This document shows, one piece after another, positions 37,380 through 47,473 of a stretch of 48,271 bases of DNA; position 1 is the first letter of the stretch; every line of letters begins with the position of its first letter. The position numbers and the translations under genes are program-made. The notes beneath the pieces are model-generated. The model searched no databases. It saw only the letters and a program-made list of their open reading frames with translations, and was not told the DNA's origin. Source of the DNA: Candidatus Falkowbacteria bacterium (GTDB taxonomy: Bacteria > Patescibacteriota > Patescibacteriia > XYB2-FULL-38-15). The stretch spans positions 1 through 48,271 of the forward strand of contig JACRNW010000002.1 of the NCBI GenBank assembly GCA_016214745.1, read 5' to 3'.

Positions 37380-38441
37380 ATGGAGCGAATTTTCTCGGAA
37401 AAATCCAATATTGTTTTTAAACAAATTATTTTCCTGATCATTGCCGCGTCGGGTGCGTTGTTTTTTTTGTTTTTTGAAATTTATCAAAAGGCGTATCTCT
37501 ATGCCGGCGTTTTAATTCATAAAATAAAGACGGCTTGCGGGTGTACGGAGATGTCTCAATTAATCGCGATGCACCCATGGATTTTCGGCGCGCTCGCAAT
37601 TTTAAGTTTGGCTGTCTTTGCCTTCTTGATTTATTCCGTTTATAAATTAGTGAGATCTATAATCCAGACTAGAAAATTTTCAGCCAAGTATCTTATTAAC
37701 AAAAAATCAAAGCATTCCTCAAAGGTAGAAAGGGCCATTTTAAATCTTAATCTGGATAAGGGCAGAATAGTGGAAATTAGGGGATCGAGGCTGGTGGTAT
37801 TTTGTTTTGGTTTATGGAGACCAAAGACGTGCATTTCCAGCGGCTTGGTAAAAATTTTGCGCAAGGATGAATTGGAGGCGGTATTGCTGCATGAACATCA
37901 TCACGCAATTTCACGGGAGCCGATGAAATTATTTATAATAAAATATTCCCAAAATATTTTATTTTTCCTGCCGGGATTTAAAACACTTATAAAAAAGTAT
38001 TTTACTTTTTCCGAGTTAGCCGCTGACGAGTTGGCAACAGACAATTTTAAAAGCAGATCAAAATTATCCAGGGCGATTTTTAAAATATCGGAAAGAGAGG
38101 AAAAGCAATTATTCCGGGAGAGTTTATCATTATCATTTTTCAGTTCTGTAATTTCGGAAAGAGTAAACAGATTGTCGGACGATTCTTATATGCCGAAGTT
38201 TAAATTATGGAGGAAGAGATTTATTTTGGGATTATGTTCCGTGACCTTAGCGCTTTTAACGATGTTCGTTTTTTTGTCGGACAGCTCTAAGGCATTTGCA
38301 ATGCACAACAACGGCAGTTGTGTTTCCGGAGTAAAGCAAAATCAAGGCGAAAGTTTAGCTTGCAATTTAGATGAAGGTGAGCAGGTCTGTGCCGAAGGTA
38401 GCCATGCCCACAAAGAGGCGAGTGGGTGCGAGGTGAATTAA
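37380..38441 (+). CDS. M56 (BlaR1-like) membrane zinc metallopeptidase
   Basis: TM helices; FCFG..RP, ELEAVLLHEHHH, ELAADE; Cys/His-rich C-terminus. Confidence 0.88.
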   Translation: MERIFSEKSNIVFKQIIFLIIAASGALFFLFFEIYQKAYLYAGVLIHKIKTACGCTEMSQLIAMHPWIFGALAILSLAVFAFLIYSVYKLVRSIIQTRKFSAKYLINKKSKHSSKVERAILNLNLDKGRIVEIRGSRLVVFCFGLWRPKTCISSGLVKILRKDELEAVLLHEHHHAISREPMKLFIIKYSQNILFFLPGFKTLIKKYFTFSELAADELATDNFKSRSKLSRAIFKISEREEKQLFRESLSLSFFSSVISERVNRLSDDSYMPKFKLWRKRFILGLCSVTLALLTMFVFLSDSSKAFAMHNNGSCVSGVKQNQGESLACNLDEGEQVCAEGSHAHKEASGCEVN

Positions 38442-38462
38442 GGGGTTGTGGATAACTAATAT

Positions 38463-38501
38463 TTGACAGATTAAAGAGAACCTACTACAATATATAGTAG
38501 G
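38463..38501 (+). promoter_or_regulatory. Copper operon promoter with overlapping BlaI-type operator
   Basis: TTGACA-17 bp-TACAAT; palindrome cctactacaatatatagtagg (TACTAC-N5-ATAGTA). Confidence 0.75.
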
Positions 38502-38543
38502 TTTTTGAATTGGCATTTTTATAATAATTAAATTAGTTAAATT

Positions 38544-40298
38544 ATGAATAAAATAACGATTCCTATTAAAGGAATGCATTGCCGGTCATGTGAAATATTG
38601 GTGGAAAAAAATTTAAAAAACATTCGCGGTATTAATAGGGCGGAGGTAAATTATAAGGCGGGAAAGGCGGATATTTTTTATAATAATAGTTTACCCGCGG
38701 GTGAATCTATTAAGAAAGCCATAAAAGACGCCGGATATGATGTTGGGTATAAAGAAAAAGCGTCTTGGTTTTCAAAAGATAAAAGTGATTATATAAATTT
38801 GTTAAAAGGGGCGGGAATATTATTTCTTGTGTATTCTATCGCTAAATGGCTGGGGCTGTTTAGTTTCGGAATAGATACGGATAGCACAAATATCTTAATA
38901 GTTTTGGTTGTCGGTTTGGTGGCGGGGATTTCTACCTGCATGGCTTTGGTTGGAGGTTTGGTTTTAAGTTTATCCGCCAGGCACGCAGAGAAACATCCCG
39001 AAATATCCGCTAAGCAAAAATTTGTGCCGCATTTATATTTTAATTTGGGAAGAATAATCGGCTTCGGCATATTGGGCGGCGTAATCGGAATGCTTGGGTC
39101 AGTGGTGAGACCATCGATTGGCACTTTGGGGTTTATGACAATAGCCGTCGGCGGAGTGATGATATTTTTGGGATTGAAGTTGGTTGAAATATTTCCCGCC
39201 CTAAAAGATAAAACAATTTCTTTACCCAAGAGCATCGCTAATTTTTTTGGATTAAATAAAGAGCAAAAGGAATACAGCCATAAGGGTTCTTTTATAACGG
39301 GCGTGCTAACTTTTTTTCTGCCGTGCGGTTTTACTCAGGCTATGCAATTGTACGCAGTCTCTACCGGAAGTTTTTCGCGGGGTTTTTTAGTGATGAGTTT
39401 ATTCGCCTTGGGAACGGCGCCGGGACTTTTGGGAATCGGCGGGCTGGCATCGGTATTTAAAGGCAAGAAAGCCAAAATATTTTTCGCGGCAACCGGTCTG
39501 GCAGTAATTTTGCTTGGTTGGTTTAATATTGCAAATGGCAGCCAGCTCGTTTTTGGGGGAAAGGCAAACGGCGCTACCTCTTCCGGAGCCGATTTGTCAG
39601 GAGTTCAGGAAGTAAGGATGACTCAAGGGGGATCCGGATATTCACCCAATGAATTTACAATTGAAAAAGGGAAAAAAGTTAAATGGATTATAAACTCTAC
39701 CAACCAATTCAGTTGCGCCAGTTCGCTTGTAATGCCGAAGTATGGAATAAATGAATATCTCAAAAAGGGTGAAAATATAATTGAGTTTACGCCGACCGAA
39801 GTCGGACAAATTCCTTTTTCTTGTTCAATGGGAATGTATCGGGGTGTGTTTAATGTTGTTGAATCCGGCAGTTCCTCGGTGAATTCCGCCGCCAAACAAA
39901 ATGTGGCGGCCCTGCCGAGCGGCGGAGGATGCGGTGCTGGCGGGGGAGGTTGCGGATGCGGGGGAGGAGCGCCGAAAAAAAGTTTAGATTCGTCTCCAAC
40001 CGCAGCAATAGATTCAAACAGCGAGCAGGTAATTAAAACTCAATACACCTTATCCGAAGATATTGTACCCAATCGATTTGTCGTTAGAAGGGGAGTTCCG
40101 GTCCGATTCGAAATTGATGTAAAGGAAAACGGGCAGGGTTGCATGAGTTCGATCATGGTTCCGGATTTGTATAATAATCCGCAATATTTGCAAGGAGGAA
40201 CAAAAATAGTTATGGCTTTCACGCCGGATAGGGAAGGCGATTATGACATCACCTGCGCCATGGGGGTGCCGAGGGGTGTTATCACGGTTACTAATTAA
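38544..40298 (+). CDS. HMA + DsbD_2/TauE-like membrane domain + two cupredoxin-like domains
   Basis: GMHCRSC; STCMALVGG; FFLPCGF; FSCSMGM; GGGCG linker; ITCAMG. Confidence 0.88.
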   Translation: MNKITIPIKGMHCRSCEILVEKNLKNIRGINRAEVNYKAGKADIFYNNSLPAGESIKKAIKDAGYDVGYKEKASWFSKDKSDYINLLKGAGILFLVYSIAKWLGLFSFGIDTDSTNILIVLVVGLVAGISTCMALVGGLVLSLSARHAEKHPEISAKQKFVPHLYFNLGRIIGFGILGGVIGMLGSVVRPSIGTLGFMTIAVGGVMIFLGLKLVEIFPALKDKTISLPKSIANFFGLNKEQKEYSHKGSFITGVLTFFLPCGFTQAMQLYAVSTGSFSRGFLVMSLFALGTAPGLLGIGGLASVFKGKKAKIFFAATGLAVILLGWFNIANGSQLVFGGKANGATSSGADLSGVQEVRMTQGGSGYSPNEFTIEKGKKVKWIINSTNQFSCASSLVMPKYGINEYLKKGENIIEFTPTEVGQIPFSCSMGMYRGVFNVVESGSSSVNSAAKQNVAALPSGGGCGAGGGGCGCGGGAPKKSLDSSPTAAIDSNSEQVIKTQYTLSEDIVPNRFVVRRGVPVRFEIDVKENGQGCMSSIMVPDLYNNPQYLQGGTKIVMAFTPDREGDYDITCAMGVPRGVITVTN

Positions 40299-40315
40299 TA
40301 AAAATAAATAATTTT

Positions 40316-40519
40316 ATGATAACTAAATTTCAAATTACAAACATAACTTGCGATGCCTGCATAAAATTAAGTAAAGATGTTTTAAAAAATTTGCCCAGCG
40401 TGAAAAAGGTAGAGATTGACAATACCGGATTAGCAACAATTGAACCCGGCGACAATCTTTCCTGGGAAGAAATAAAAAATACTTTAGCTAAAATTGATAA
40501 AAATGCGTTTTTAATTTAA
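40316..40519 (+). CDS. CopZ-like copper chaperone (HMA)
   Basis: NITCDAC; 67 aa. Confidence 0.85.
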   Translation: MITKFQITNITCDACIKLSKDVLKNLPSVKKVEIDNTGLATIEPGDNLSWEEIKNTLAKIDKNAFLI

Positions 40520-40532
40520 TTAATAATTTTTT

Positions 40533-41576
40533 ATGTACTCAAAATTAAATTTTAAAATTTATGGAGCGGCTAATTCCGGCGATCTGGATTTAATTGAAGA
40601 TAATTTAAAATCCCAGGAGGGGATAAGAGCGGTAAAACTTTTCCCGGCCAAAGGGCATACTGAAATTAAAATGGAAATTGATGCCGCCAAAATTACAAAA
40701 GATCAGGTTTTTGATATTATAAAAATTAGTGGAGATTTGAGAATAGTAGAGCAAGAGGGAATAAAATCAAAGATAAACGCGGAGGCGCAAAAAATGGATA
40801 TTTCGTTGCCGACTGGATCTCCCGGCTGGTTTGAAAATTTTTTGTCGAAAAATCCCTCAAAGGCATTTTTTGTCCTCGGGTTATTGGTCAGTATTTTTAT
40901 AATGTCTTTGATCGCGAATATTTTATTCGGATTTATTTGGTTTAAATCTAGGGAGGTTCAAGCTTCGGGACCGGGGAATTTAGTTCAAAATAATCCCGCG
41001 CCCGCGCCACAAGCTCCTTCTCCCGGTCCGGAAGCTCCGGCAGTCGGTCAAATCCAAGATTTTAGCATCACTAAAAATGATCACGTACGCGGAAATTTCG
41101 ACGCACCCATCACCCTGGTGGAATATTCTGACTTTGAATGTCCATACTGCGGGAAACATTTTCCGACTTTAAACAAAATTTTGAACGACTATAAGGGACA
41201 AGTTCGTCTCGTGTATAAACATTTTCCTTTGAGTTTCCATCAAAATTCCGAGAAGGCGGCCGAAGCATCCGAATGCGCGAGCGAGCAAGGGAAGTTTTGG
41301 GAATATCATGATAAATTATTTGAAAATCAGTCTGGCGGCTACAGTATTGCCAATTTCAAACAATGGGCAAACGATTTAAATTTGGATACTTCTAAATTTA
41401 ATGATTGTTTGGATTCCGGCAAGTTTGCGAGTAAAGTGCAGGCCGACTTAGCGGACGGCCAAAATAGGGGCGTAGGGGGAACGCCGGCGACTTTTGTTAA
41501 CGGGCAATTGGTTTCCGGTGCCGTGCCTTACGAATCGTTTAAAAATGTAATTGATCAAATTTTAAATAATAATTAA
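40533..41576 (+). CDS. Membrane-anchored DsbA-like thiol oxidoreductase with degenerate N-terminal HMA-like domain
   Basis: TM helix; EYSDFECPYC, KHFPL, GTPATFVNG. Confidence 0.9.
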   Translation: MYSKLNFKIYGAANSGDLDLIEDNLKSQEGIRAVKLFPAKGHTEIKMEIDAAKITKDQVFDIIKISGDLRIVEQEGIKSKINAEAQKMDISLPTGSPGWFENFLSKNPSKAFFVLGLLVSIFIMSLIANILFGFIWFKSREVQASGPGNLVQNNPAPAPQAPSPGPEAPAVGQIQDFSITKNDHVRGNFDAPITLVEYSDFECPYCGKHFPTLNKILNDYKGQVRLVYKHFPLSFHQNSEKAAEASECASEQGKFWEYHDKLFENQSGGYSIANFKQWANDLNLDTSKFNDCLDSGKFASKVQADLADGQNRGVGGTPATFVNGQLVSGAVPYESFKNVIDQILNNN

Positions 41577-41585
41577 AGATAATAT

Positions 41586-44282
41586 ATGGATAGAAAAATA
41601 AAGTTGAAAATCATCGGGATGCATTGCGGTTCTTGCGAAAAAATTATTGAAATGGAGCTCCGAGATATTCCCGGGTTGAAGTCGGCTAAAATAAATTTTC
41701 AATCCGGAGAAGGGGAAGTGATTGTCAGCGAAGAAGTGAGCGATGAGCAGATTATTAAAGCCGTAGAGAAGGCCGGCTATAGCGTAAATATAATTGGTAA
41801 TGTAAATATCGGCGCGGACGGCGGTAGTTTAATCCATGAAAAAAAAGATCATGATATTGTTTTTGAGAAAAATAATATAGAGAACATGGAAAATAGCCAG
41901 AAAAAAATAGAGTTGAGTGATGGGCGGGCTAATTTTGCAGTGGGCGGCATGCATTGTGTGTCTTGCGCAAAAGTAATTGAGAGAAGTTTACGCAAGGTTT
42001 CCGGCGTAAAAGAAGTTAATGTTAATTTTACCGCCGAAAAGGCCAGAGTAATATTTGATTCTTCAAAAGCAACTTTGAATGATTTGATTACCGCCGTTAA
42101 ATCGGCCGGTTATAAAGCTGTGCCCGTTGATAACTCCGACCTCGAAGCAGAAAGAAAAAGAAAAGAAATGGAAATTAAAAGTTACCGGGTAAAATTTTTA
42201 GTTTCGCTTGCGTTGAGTTTGCCGATGCTGTATTTTATGCTTTTTGATTTTTTTGGATTTATGCCGTTCAGAGCGGCGTTATTGGCTTATGTCGGTATAA
42301 TCTCTTTGGTGCTGACTCTGCCGGTGCAATTTATAATCGGCGCAGGTTTTTATAAAGGCATGTGGAGCAGTTTGAAAATGAAAACATTCAACATGGACAG
42401 TTTGATTGCGATTGGCACAAGCACGGCGTTTTTTTACAGTCTGGCGCAATTTTTAAGTTATGCAATTAGAAATGGATCAGTTGTTGGATTGAACGGCGCC
42501 AAAATTCCTGAATTATATTTTGAAACCGCCGCCTTTCTAATCACTTTCGTCATTTTGGGCAAATGGTTGGAAACCAAAGCTAAGGGCCGCACCTCGGAAG
42601 CGATTAAAAAATTAATGGGTTTACAACCCAAAACTGCCCGAGTATTAAAAGGTGGCGAGGCAATCGATATTCCTATTGAACAAGTTAAAAAGGGTGACAT
42701 CGTGCTCGTGCGTCCGGGAGAAAAAATTCCGGTTGATGGAGTTTTAACAAAAGGAAAGTCAGCAGTAGATGAGTCCATGATTACCGGAGAAAGCATTCCG
42801 GTTGAAAAAAATATTGGTGATAAAATTATTGGCGCAACAATTAATAAACACGGTAGTTTTGAATTTGAAGCGACAAAGGTTGGTGATGAAACAGCCTTGG
42901 CGCAAATCATCCGTTTGATTGAAGAAGCCCAGGGGTCAAAGGCGCCGATTCAAGCCATGGCGGATAAAATTTCCGCTTGGTTTGTGCCGACAGTTTTAGT
43001 GTTGGCCGCCGCGACTTTTGTAGTTTGGTTTTTATTAATGGGCGCCAGCCTTTCCTTTGCCTTGATGGCCTTTACATCAGTGATAGTAATCGCTTGTCCA
43101 TGCGCCCTGGGTCTTGCGACGCCCACCGCCATTATGGTTGGCACCGGTAAGGGAGCAGAGTATGGAGTTTTGATTAAAGGGGGCGAGCCGCTTGAGGCGG
43201 CAAATAAAATTGATACGATTGTTTTTGATAAAACCGGTACTCTGACCAAAGGCCAGCCGGAGGTGACCGATATTATTGGCGCCGGATTAAGCGATGAAGA
43301 TGAAATTATTAGAATCACCGCCAGCTTGGAAAAATTATCCGAGCATCCTTTGGCTGAAGCAATTGTTAAGTATGCCGAAGAAGAAAAGATACAGCTTTCC
43401 GAAGCTGCGGAATTTAAAGCGATTCCTGGGCATGGGGTGGAAGGGGAAATAGCCGGTCAAAAATATTATTTTGGTAATCGTAAATTGGTTGCCGACGTTC
43501 TTGGCCTGGGAATGGATCTTATTGAAAAAAAACTTCGCAGGCTTGAAGAAGGCGGGAAGACGGCAATGATTTTATCTTCAGAAAAAGAAATTTTAGGATT
43601 GGTGGCCGTAGCGGATACTATTAAAGAAAATACTGTTGAAGCCGTGAGTAAATTGCAAAAAAAAGGTATTCGGGTGTTTATGATTACCGGTGATAATCAA
43701 AGAACAGCCGAAGCAATTGCTAAGCAAGTAGGCATTACCAATGTGCTGGCTGAAGTTTTGCCGGAAGATAAGGCCAACGAGGTGAGAAAACTTCAGGGCG
43801 CCGGCGCCAAGGTGGCTATGGTCGGAGACGGAATTAACGACGCTCCGGCCTTGGCTCAAGCTGATTTAGGAATTGCCATGGGTGGCGGCACTGATGTGGC
43901 TATGGAAACGGGCGGAATTGTAATTATTAAAAATGACTTAAGAGATGTCTTAACCGCCATCAAACTTAGCCGAGATTCCATGGGGAAAATAAAACAAAAT
44001 ATGTTTTTCGCCTTATTTTACAATGTCATTGGTATTCCAATTGCAGCGAGGGTATTTGCCGGCCTGGGTCTTGTTTTAAAACCCGAATTGGCGGGACTTG
44101 CCATGGCTTTCAGTTCCATTTCCGTAGTATCTAATTCTCTGTTGCTCAAATATTTTAATCCACAAAAAAGAAATTATATTTCCATGATTGCCCCATTTAT
44201 TTTGGCTATATTGTTTGCTTTGGTGTTTATTGAATTCGGTAAAATCAGCTCTGGTATGGCCGTCGTGGAGGATATGAAATAA
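41586..44282 (+). CDS. copA: Cu(I)-exporting P1B-type ATPase with two HMA domains
   Basis: [46 protein letters not shown]...IP, MAFSS. Confidence 0.96.
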   Translation: MDRKIKLKIIGMHCGSCEKIIEMELRDIPGLKSAKINFQSGEGEVIVSEEVSDEQIIKAVEKAGYSVNIIGNVNIGADGGSLIHEKKDHDIVFEKNNIENMENSQKKIELSDGRANFAVGGMHCVSCAKVIERSLRKVSGVKEVNVNFTAEKARVIFDSSKATLNDLITAVKSAGYKAVPVDNSDLEAERKRKEMEIKSYRVKFLVSLALSLPMLYFMLFDFFGFMPFRAALLAYVGIISLVLTLPVQFIIGAGFYKGMWSSLKMKTFNMDSLIAIGTSTAFFYSLAQFLSYAIRNGSVVGLNGAKIPELYFETAAFLITFVILGKWLETKAKGRTSEAIKKLMGLQPKTARVLKGGEAIDIPIEQVKKGDIVLVRPGEKIPVDGVLTKGKSAVDESMITGESIPVEKNIGDKIIGATINKHGSFEFEATKVGDETALAQIIRLIEEAQGSKAPIQAMADKISAWFVPTVLVLAAATFVVWFLLMGASLSFALMAFTSVIVIACPCALGLATPTAIMVGTGKGAEYGVLIKGGEPLEAANKIDTIVFDKTGTLTKGQPEVTDIIGAGLSDEDEIIRITASLEKLSEHPLAEAIVKYAEEEKIQLSEAAEFKAIPGHGVEGEIAGQKYYFGNRKLVADVLGLGMDLIEKKLRRLEEGGKTAMILSSEKEILGLVAVADTIKENTVEAVSKLQKKGIRVFMITGDNQRTAEAIAKQVGITNVLAEVLPEDKANEVRKLQGAGAKVAMVGDGINDAPALAQADLGIAMGGGTDVAMETGGIVIIKNDLRDVLTAIKLSRDSMGKIKQNMFFALFYNVIGIPIAARVFAGLGLVLKPELAGLAMAFSSISVVSNSLLLKYFNPQKRNYISMIAPFILAILFALVFIEFGKISSGMAVVEDMK

Positions 44283-44430
44283 AGGGCGTAAAACCCCCCC
44301 CGATATCTGCGCTCGCCTCACTCCGCCTTGGCGGGGTCTCACTCGTTTGATAATACTTCGTGTTATCTTCACTCGCTCGGAAAAACAAAAGGATTTGCTC
44401 TTCCCTCACTCGCTTGATAATAAAAATTTT

Positions 44431-44934
44431 ATGCGACATGACAAAAAACGGGATAATTCCACTTTATGGATAATTGGCATTACGGTTATTTTAACCGCGC
44501 TGGTTATAGTTGGTTTATCTAAAAATAAACAACAGAGCAGTGGCGTGTCAGAACCAAGCCAGCTGCAGGTTTCGGAGGAAAATTATGATTTTGGCACGAT
44601 TTCCATGGCTAACGGCAAAGTAAGAAAAGTTTTTACTTTTAAAAATAACACGGCTCAAACTATTGTAGCCGAGAAATTGTATACCTCTTGCATGTGCACC
44701 GAGGCCTCGTTTATAAAAAATGGCCAAAGTTTTGGTCCTTTCAGCATGCCCGCGCACGGTTTCATTCCAGAAATAAATGAAAATATAGATGCCGGACAAG
44801 AAGCGCAGATTGAAGTGGTATTTGACCCGGCGGCTCATGGGCCGGCTGGCGTTGGTCCGATTGAGCGCCAAGCTACACTGGAAACAAGCGACGGCCAGCT
44901 GGTATTTAAATTTAAGGCTCAGGTTACGCCTTGA
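44431..44934 (+). CDS. DUF1573-like Ig-fold membrane-anchored protein
   Basis: TM helix; YDFGTI, TSCMCT, FDPAAHGPAG. Confidence 0.8.
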   Translation: MRHDKKRDNSTLWIIGITVILTALVIVGLSKNKQQSSGVSEPSQLQVSEENYDFGTISMANGKVRKVFTFKNNTAQTIVAEKLYTSCMCTEASFIKNGQSFGPFSMPAHGFIPEINENIDAGQEAQIEVVFDPAAHGPAGVGPIERQATLETSDGQLVFKFKAQVTP

Positions 44935-44959
44935 GAGTTATTTTATTTGCGATTTGTTT

Positions 44960-45745
44960 ATGAAAAATAAAAGACTATATATAATTTTGGGAATACTTGT
45001 CGCGGCGATTGGCTCTTTGCTGTTTTTAAAATCCAGTACCGGTTCCGCGAAAATAATTTGGGATATCTCTGGGGGCGGGACAATATTATTTCCTTTGGTT
45101 TCCGTATCGGCCCTGATAGACAGCATAAATCCTTGCGCTTTTTCCATCCTGCTTTTAACGATTGCGTTTTTGTTTAGTCTCGGCGCGATGAGGGCAGGAA
45201 TAATTAAAATCGGCGCGGCTTATATCTTTGGTATTTTTTTGGCATATTTATTGATTGGTTTGGGGATATTGGGTACATTACATATTTTTAACACGCCGCA
45301 TTTTATGGGAAAATTGGGGGCGTTTATTTTGATTGCGATGGGCGTGATAAATTTACTCAATGAATTTATACCCAAATTTCCCATCAAATTACAAATTCCC
45401 CGCTTCGCGCATGGTAAGATGGCCGATTTAATGAAAAAGAGCTCGCTTCCGACTGTATTTTTTTTGGGAATGCTGGTTGGATTATGCGAATTTCCTTGCA
45501 CGGGCGGCCCTTATCTTATGGTTTTGGGATTATTACGAGATGGCGCGACTTATGTGAAAGGATTATTCTACTTAATTTGGTATAACCTTTTATTTATCCT
45601 TCCGCTCGCCGCAGTGCTCTTCGTCGCGAGTGATAGATCAGTTTTGGAAAAATTGCAGGAATGGAAAAAAAATAATTTAAACAAAACACGTCTGGTTGGC
45701 GGTCTAATTATGATTGTCTTGGGCGTGCTAATTTTTTTAATGTAA
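44960..45745 (+). CDS. CcdA/DsbD-type transmembrane thiol-transfer protein
   Basis: DSINPCAF and EFPCTGGPY; multiple TM helices. Confidence 0.87.
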   Translation: MKNKRLYIILGILVAAIGSLLFLKSSTGSAKIIWDISGGGTILFPLVSVSALIDSINPCAFSILLLTIAFLFSLGAMRAGIIKIGAAYIFGIFLAYLLIGLGILGTLHIFNTPHFMGKLGAFILIAMGVINLLNEFIPKFPIKLQIPRFAHGKMADLMKKSSLPTVFFLGMLVGLCEFPCTGGPYLMVLGLLRDGATYVKGLFYLIWYNLLFILPLAAVLFVASDRSVLEKLQEWKKNNLNKTRLVGGLIMIVLGVLIFLM

Positions 45746-45751
45746 AAATTT

Positions 45752-46261
45752 ATGGCTGAAGTCAAAGACTACCAAGATTTAATGAAAAAAATAAACGATA
45801 TAAAAAAAGAAGGAAAGATTGATTTATCTGTTGATGAGGATTTAAGTATTGCGATAATGAATTTAGTCAGCCTGGAAGAACATTTTTTCTTTACCGCAGA
45901 AAAAACCGGCAAGGAAGAATACTATAAATTTTTGGAGACGATTAGAGAAATGAGAAAAGAATTTTTAGGCATGATGATAAAACAATATGAAGGAGAGGTT
46001 TGGTGCATATCAAAGCATTTGCTGGCCGCTTCCATGAGATTAATGGAGGTGGGAACTAAAATGCAATCTCACGGGCAACCGGATTTGTCTAAAAATATGT
46101 TTCATAAATCTTACGAACTTTTTAAATTGTTTTTTTCTTTGAGGCTTAATCTTATACGGTTGCCGGAAATTAAAAAAGAAGATGTTCAAAAAATTGATTT
46201 AGATAAACCATGGACCAAAGAGGAAATTTTAAATAAATTACTTGATTGTTGTAAAGAATAA
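45752..46261 (+). CDS. Hypothetical helical protein with Cys/His motifs
   Basis: SLEEHF, WCISKHLL, C-terminal DCCKE; lies within the copper cluster. Confidence 0.8.
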   Translation: MAEVKDYQDLMKKINDIKKEGKIDLSVDEDLSIAIMNLVSLEEHFFFTAEKTGKEEYYKFLETIREMRKEFLGMMIKQYEGEVWCISKHLLAASMRLMEVGTKMQSHGQPDLSKNMFHKSYELFKLFFSLRLNLIRLPEIKKEDVQKIDLDKPWTKEEILNKLLDCCKE

Positions 46262-46286
46262 ATTACATTGTTGACAGATAATTTTT

Positions 46287-47063
46287 GTGATTCCGTATTT
46301 TAATTTTTTTATTGTCGCGGTAGGCCCCATGCGCTTGCATACGTGGGGATTTTTTGTCGGGCTTGGTATTGTTTGTGTTTTGTGGATAGCGTATGCCAGG
46401 GCGCGACGGTTTGGACTCAGCACAAGCAGGCTCATTGATTGGAGCGTCTGGGCAATTGTCGCGGCCTTTATTAGTGCGCGGATAGCGCACGTTTTTTTGT
46501 ATGACTGGCCTTCTTTTGCGGAACATCCGATCGCCATCTTTAAAATTTGGCAAGGCGGATTGTCGTCCTTCGGCGGATTTTTAGGCGCGGCCGTTGCGTC
46601 TTTAATTTATGCGCGTGTTAAAAAAATAAATTTTTGGCAATATGCCGACGTTGTTATGTACGGCTTTCCTTTGGGACTTGGCATTGGTCGCCTTGGGTGT
46701 TTCATAAATCATCTGCATGTTGGCATTCGCTCATCTTCATTTTTGGCAGTCGCTTTCCCGGACGGTCCCAGGCTTGACATGGGTTTGGTTGAATCACTTT
46801 TCGGTTTTGCCTTATTTGCGGTCTATGTATTTTTAGAACGCAAGAGGCCGCAGAAGAATGCGTATCTTCCGATAACAATGGTTATTTATGGTATTGCGCG
46901 TTTTTTTATTGATTTTGGCCGCGCAACTGATATCCCAAATCCCGACGTCCGTTTCATTGGCTTAACGCTGGCTCAATTTGGGAGTATACTATTAGTAATA
47001 GGCGGCGTGATAATTTGGCGGCATCTTTTTACTAAAAAGGCAGCTCGTTTGAATATCAATTAA
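46287..47063 (+). CDS. lgt: Prolipoprotein diacylglyceryl transferase
   Basis: ARIAHV, KIWQGGLSSFGG, GIGRLGCFIN, YGIARF.IDF.R. Confidence 0.88.
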   Translation: MIPYFNFFIVAVGPMRLHTWGFFVGLGIVCVLWIAYARARRFGLSTSRLIDWSVWAIVAAFISARIAHVFLYDWPSFAEHPIAIFKIWQGGLSSFGGFLGAAVASLIYARVKKINFWQYADVVMYGFPLGLGIGRLGCFINHLHVGIRSSSFLAVAFPDGPRLDMGLVESLFGFALFAVYVFLERKRPQKNAYLPITMVIYGIARFFIDFGRATDIPNPDVRFIGLTLAQFGSILLVIGGVIIWRHLFTKKAARLNIN

Positions 47064-47090
47064 TGTAATTTATAATTAACCCACAATCAT

Positions 47091-47357
47091 ATGGGCAAAT
47101 TATCGATCGGCAAATATGCTGGTCTCTGCGTCTTGGGCGGAGAGATCGCGTATACGGCGTGTCTTTTTTACGGCACCATGCTCACGGGCAAGGTGGCCGA
47201 ACTTCATCACGCCATCTTTGAACTCCTTCCGGGGTTCACCTGGCTCGGCATCGGGAGTTTCCTGGCCGGCGCGCTGACTATCGCAGTTTGGTCCGGGTTG
47301 GGTGGCGCCTATATTGCTTGGATGCATAATGCAAGTATCAAGGAGCAGGCAAAGTAG
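47091..47357 (+). CDS. Small membrane protein (DUF5676-like)
   Basis: YTAC, LHH, LLPGF.W, AWMHN. Confidence 0.7.
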   Translation: MGKLSIGKYAGLCVLGGEIAYTACLFYGTMLTGKVAELHHAIFELLPGFTWLGIGSFLAGALTIAVWSGLGGAYIAWMHNASIKEQAK

Positions 47358-47473
47358 CTGAAATCAAAATATAATTTAGGGCCGAAGAAAAAGGGGGATT
47401 TGGGATTTGTCGGTTCGCCAAATATTAATGTATGACAAATACAAAAATTTTTAGTTTTTGATTATTTATTATT

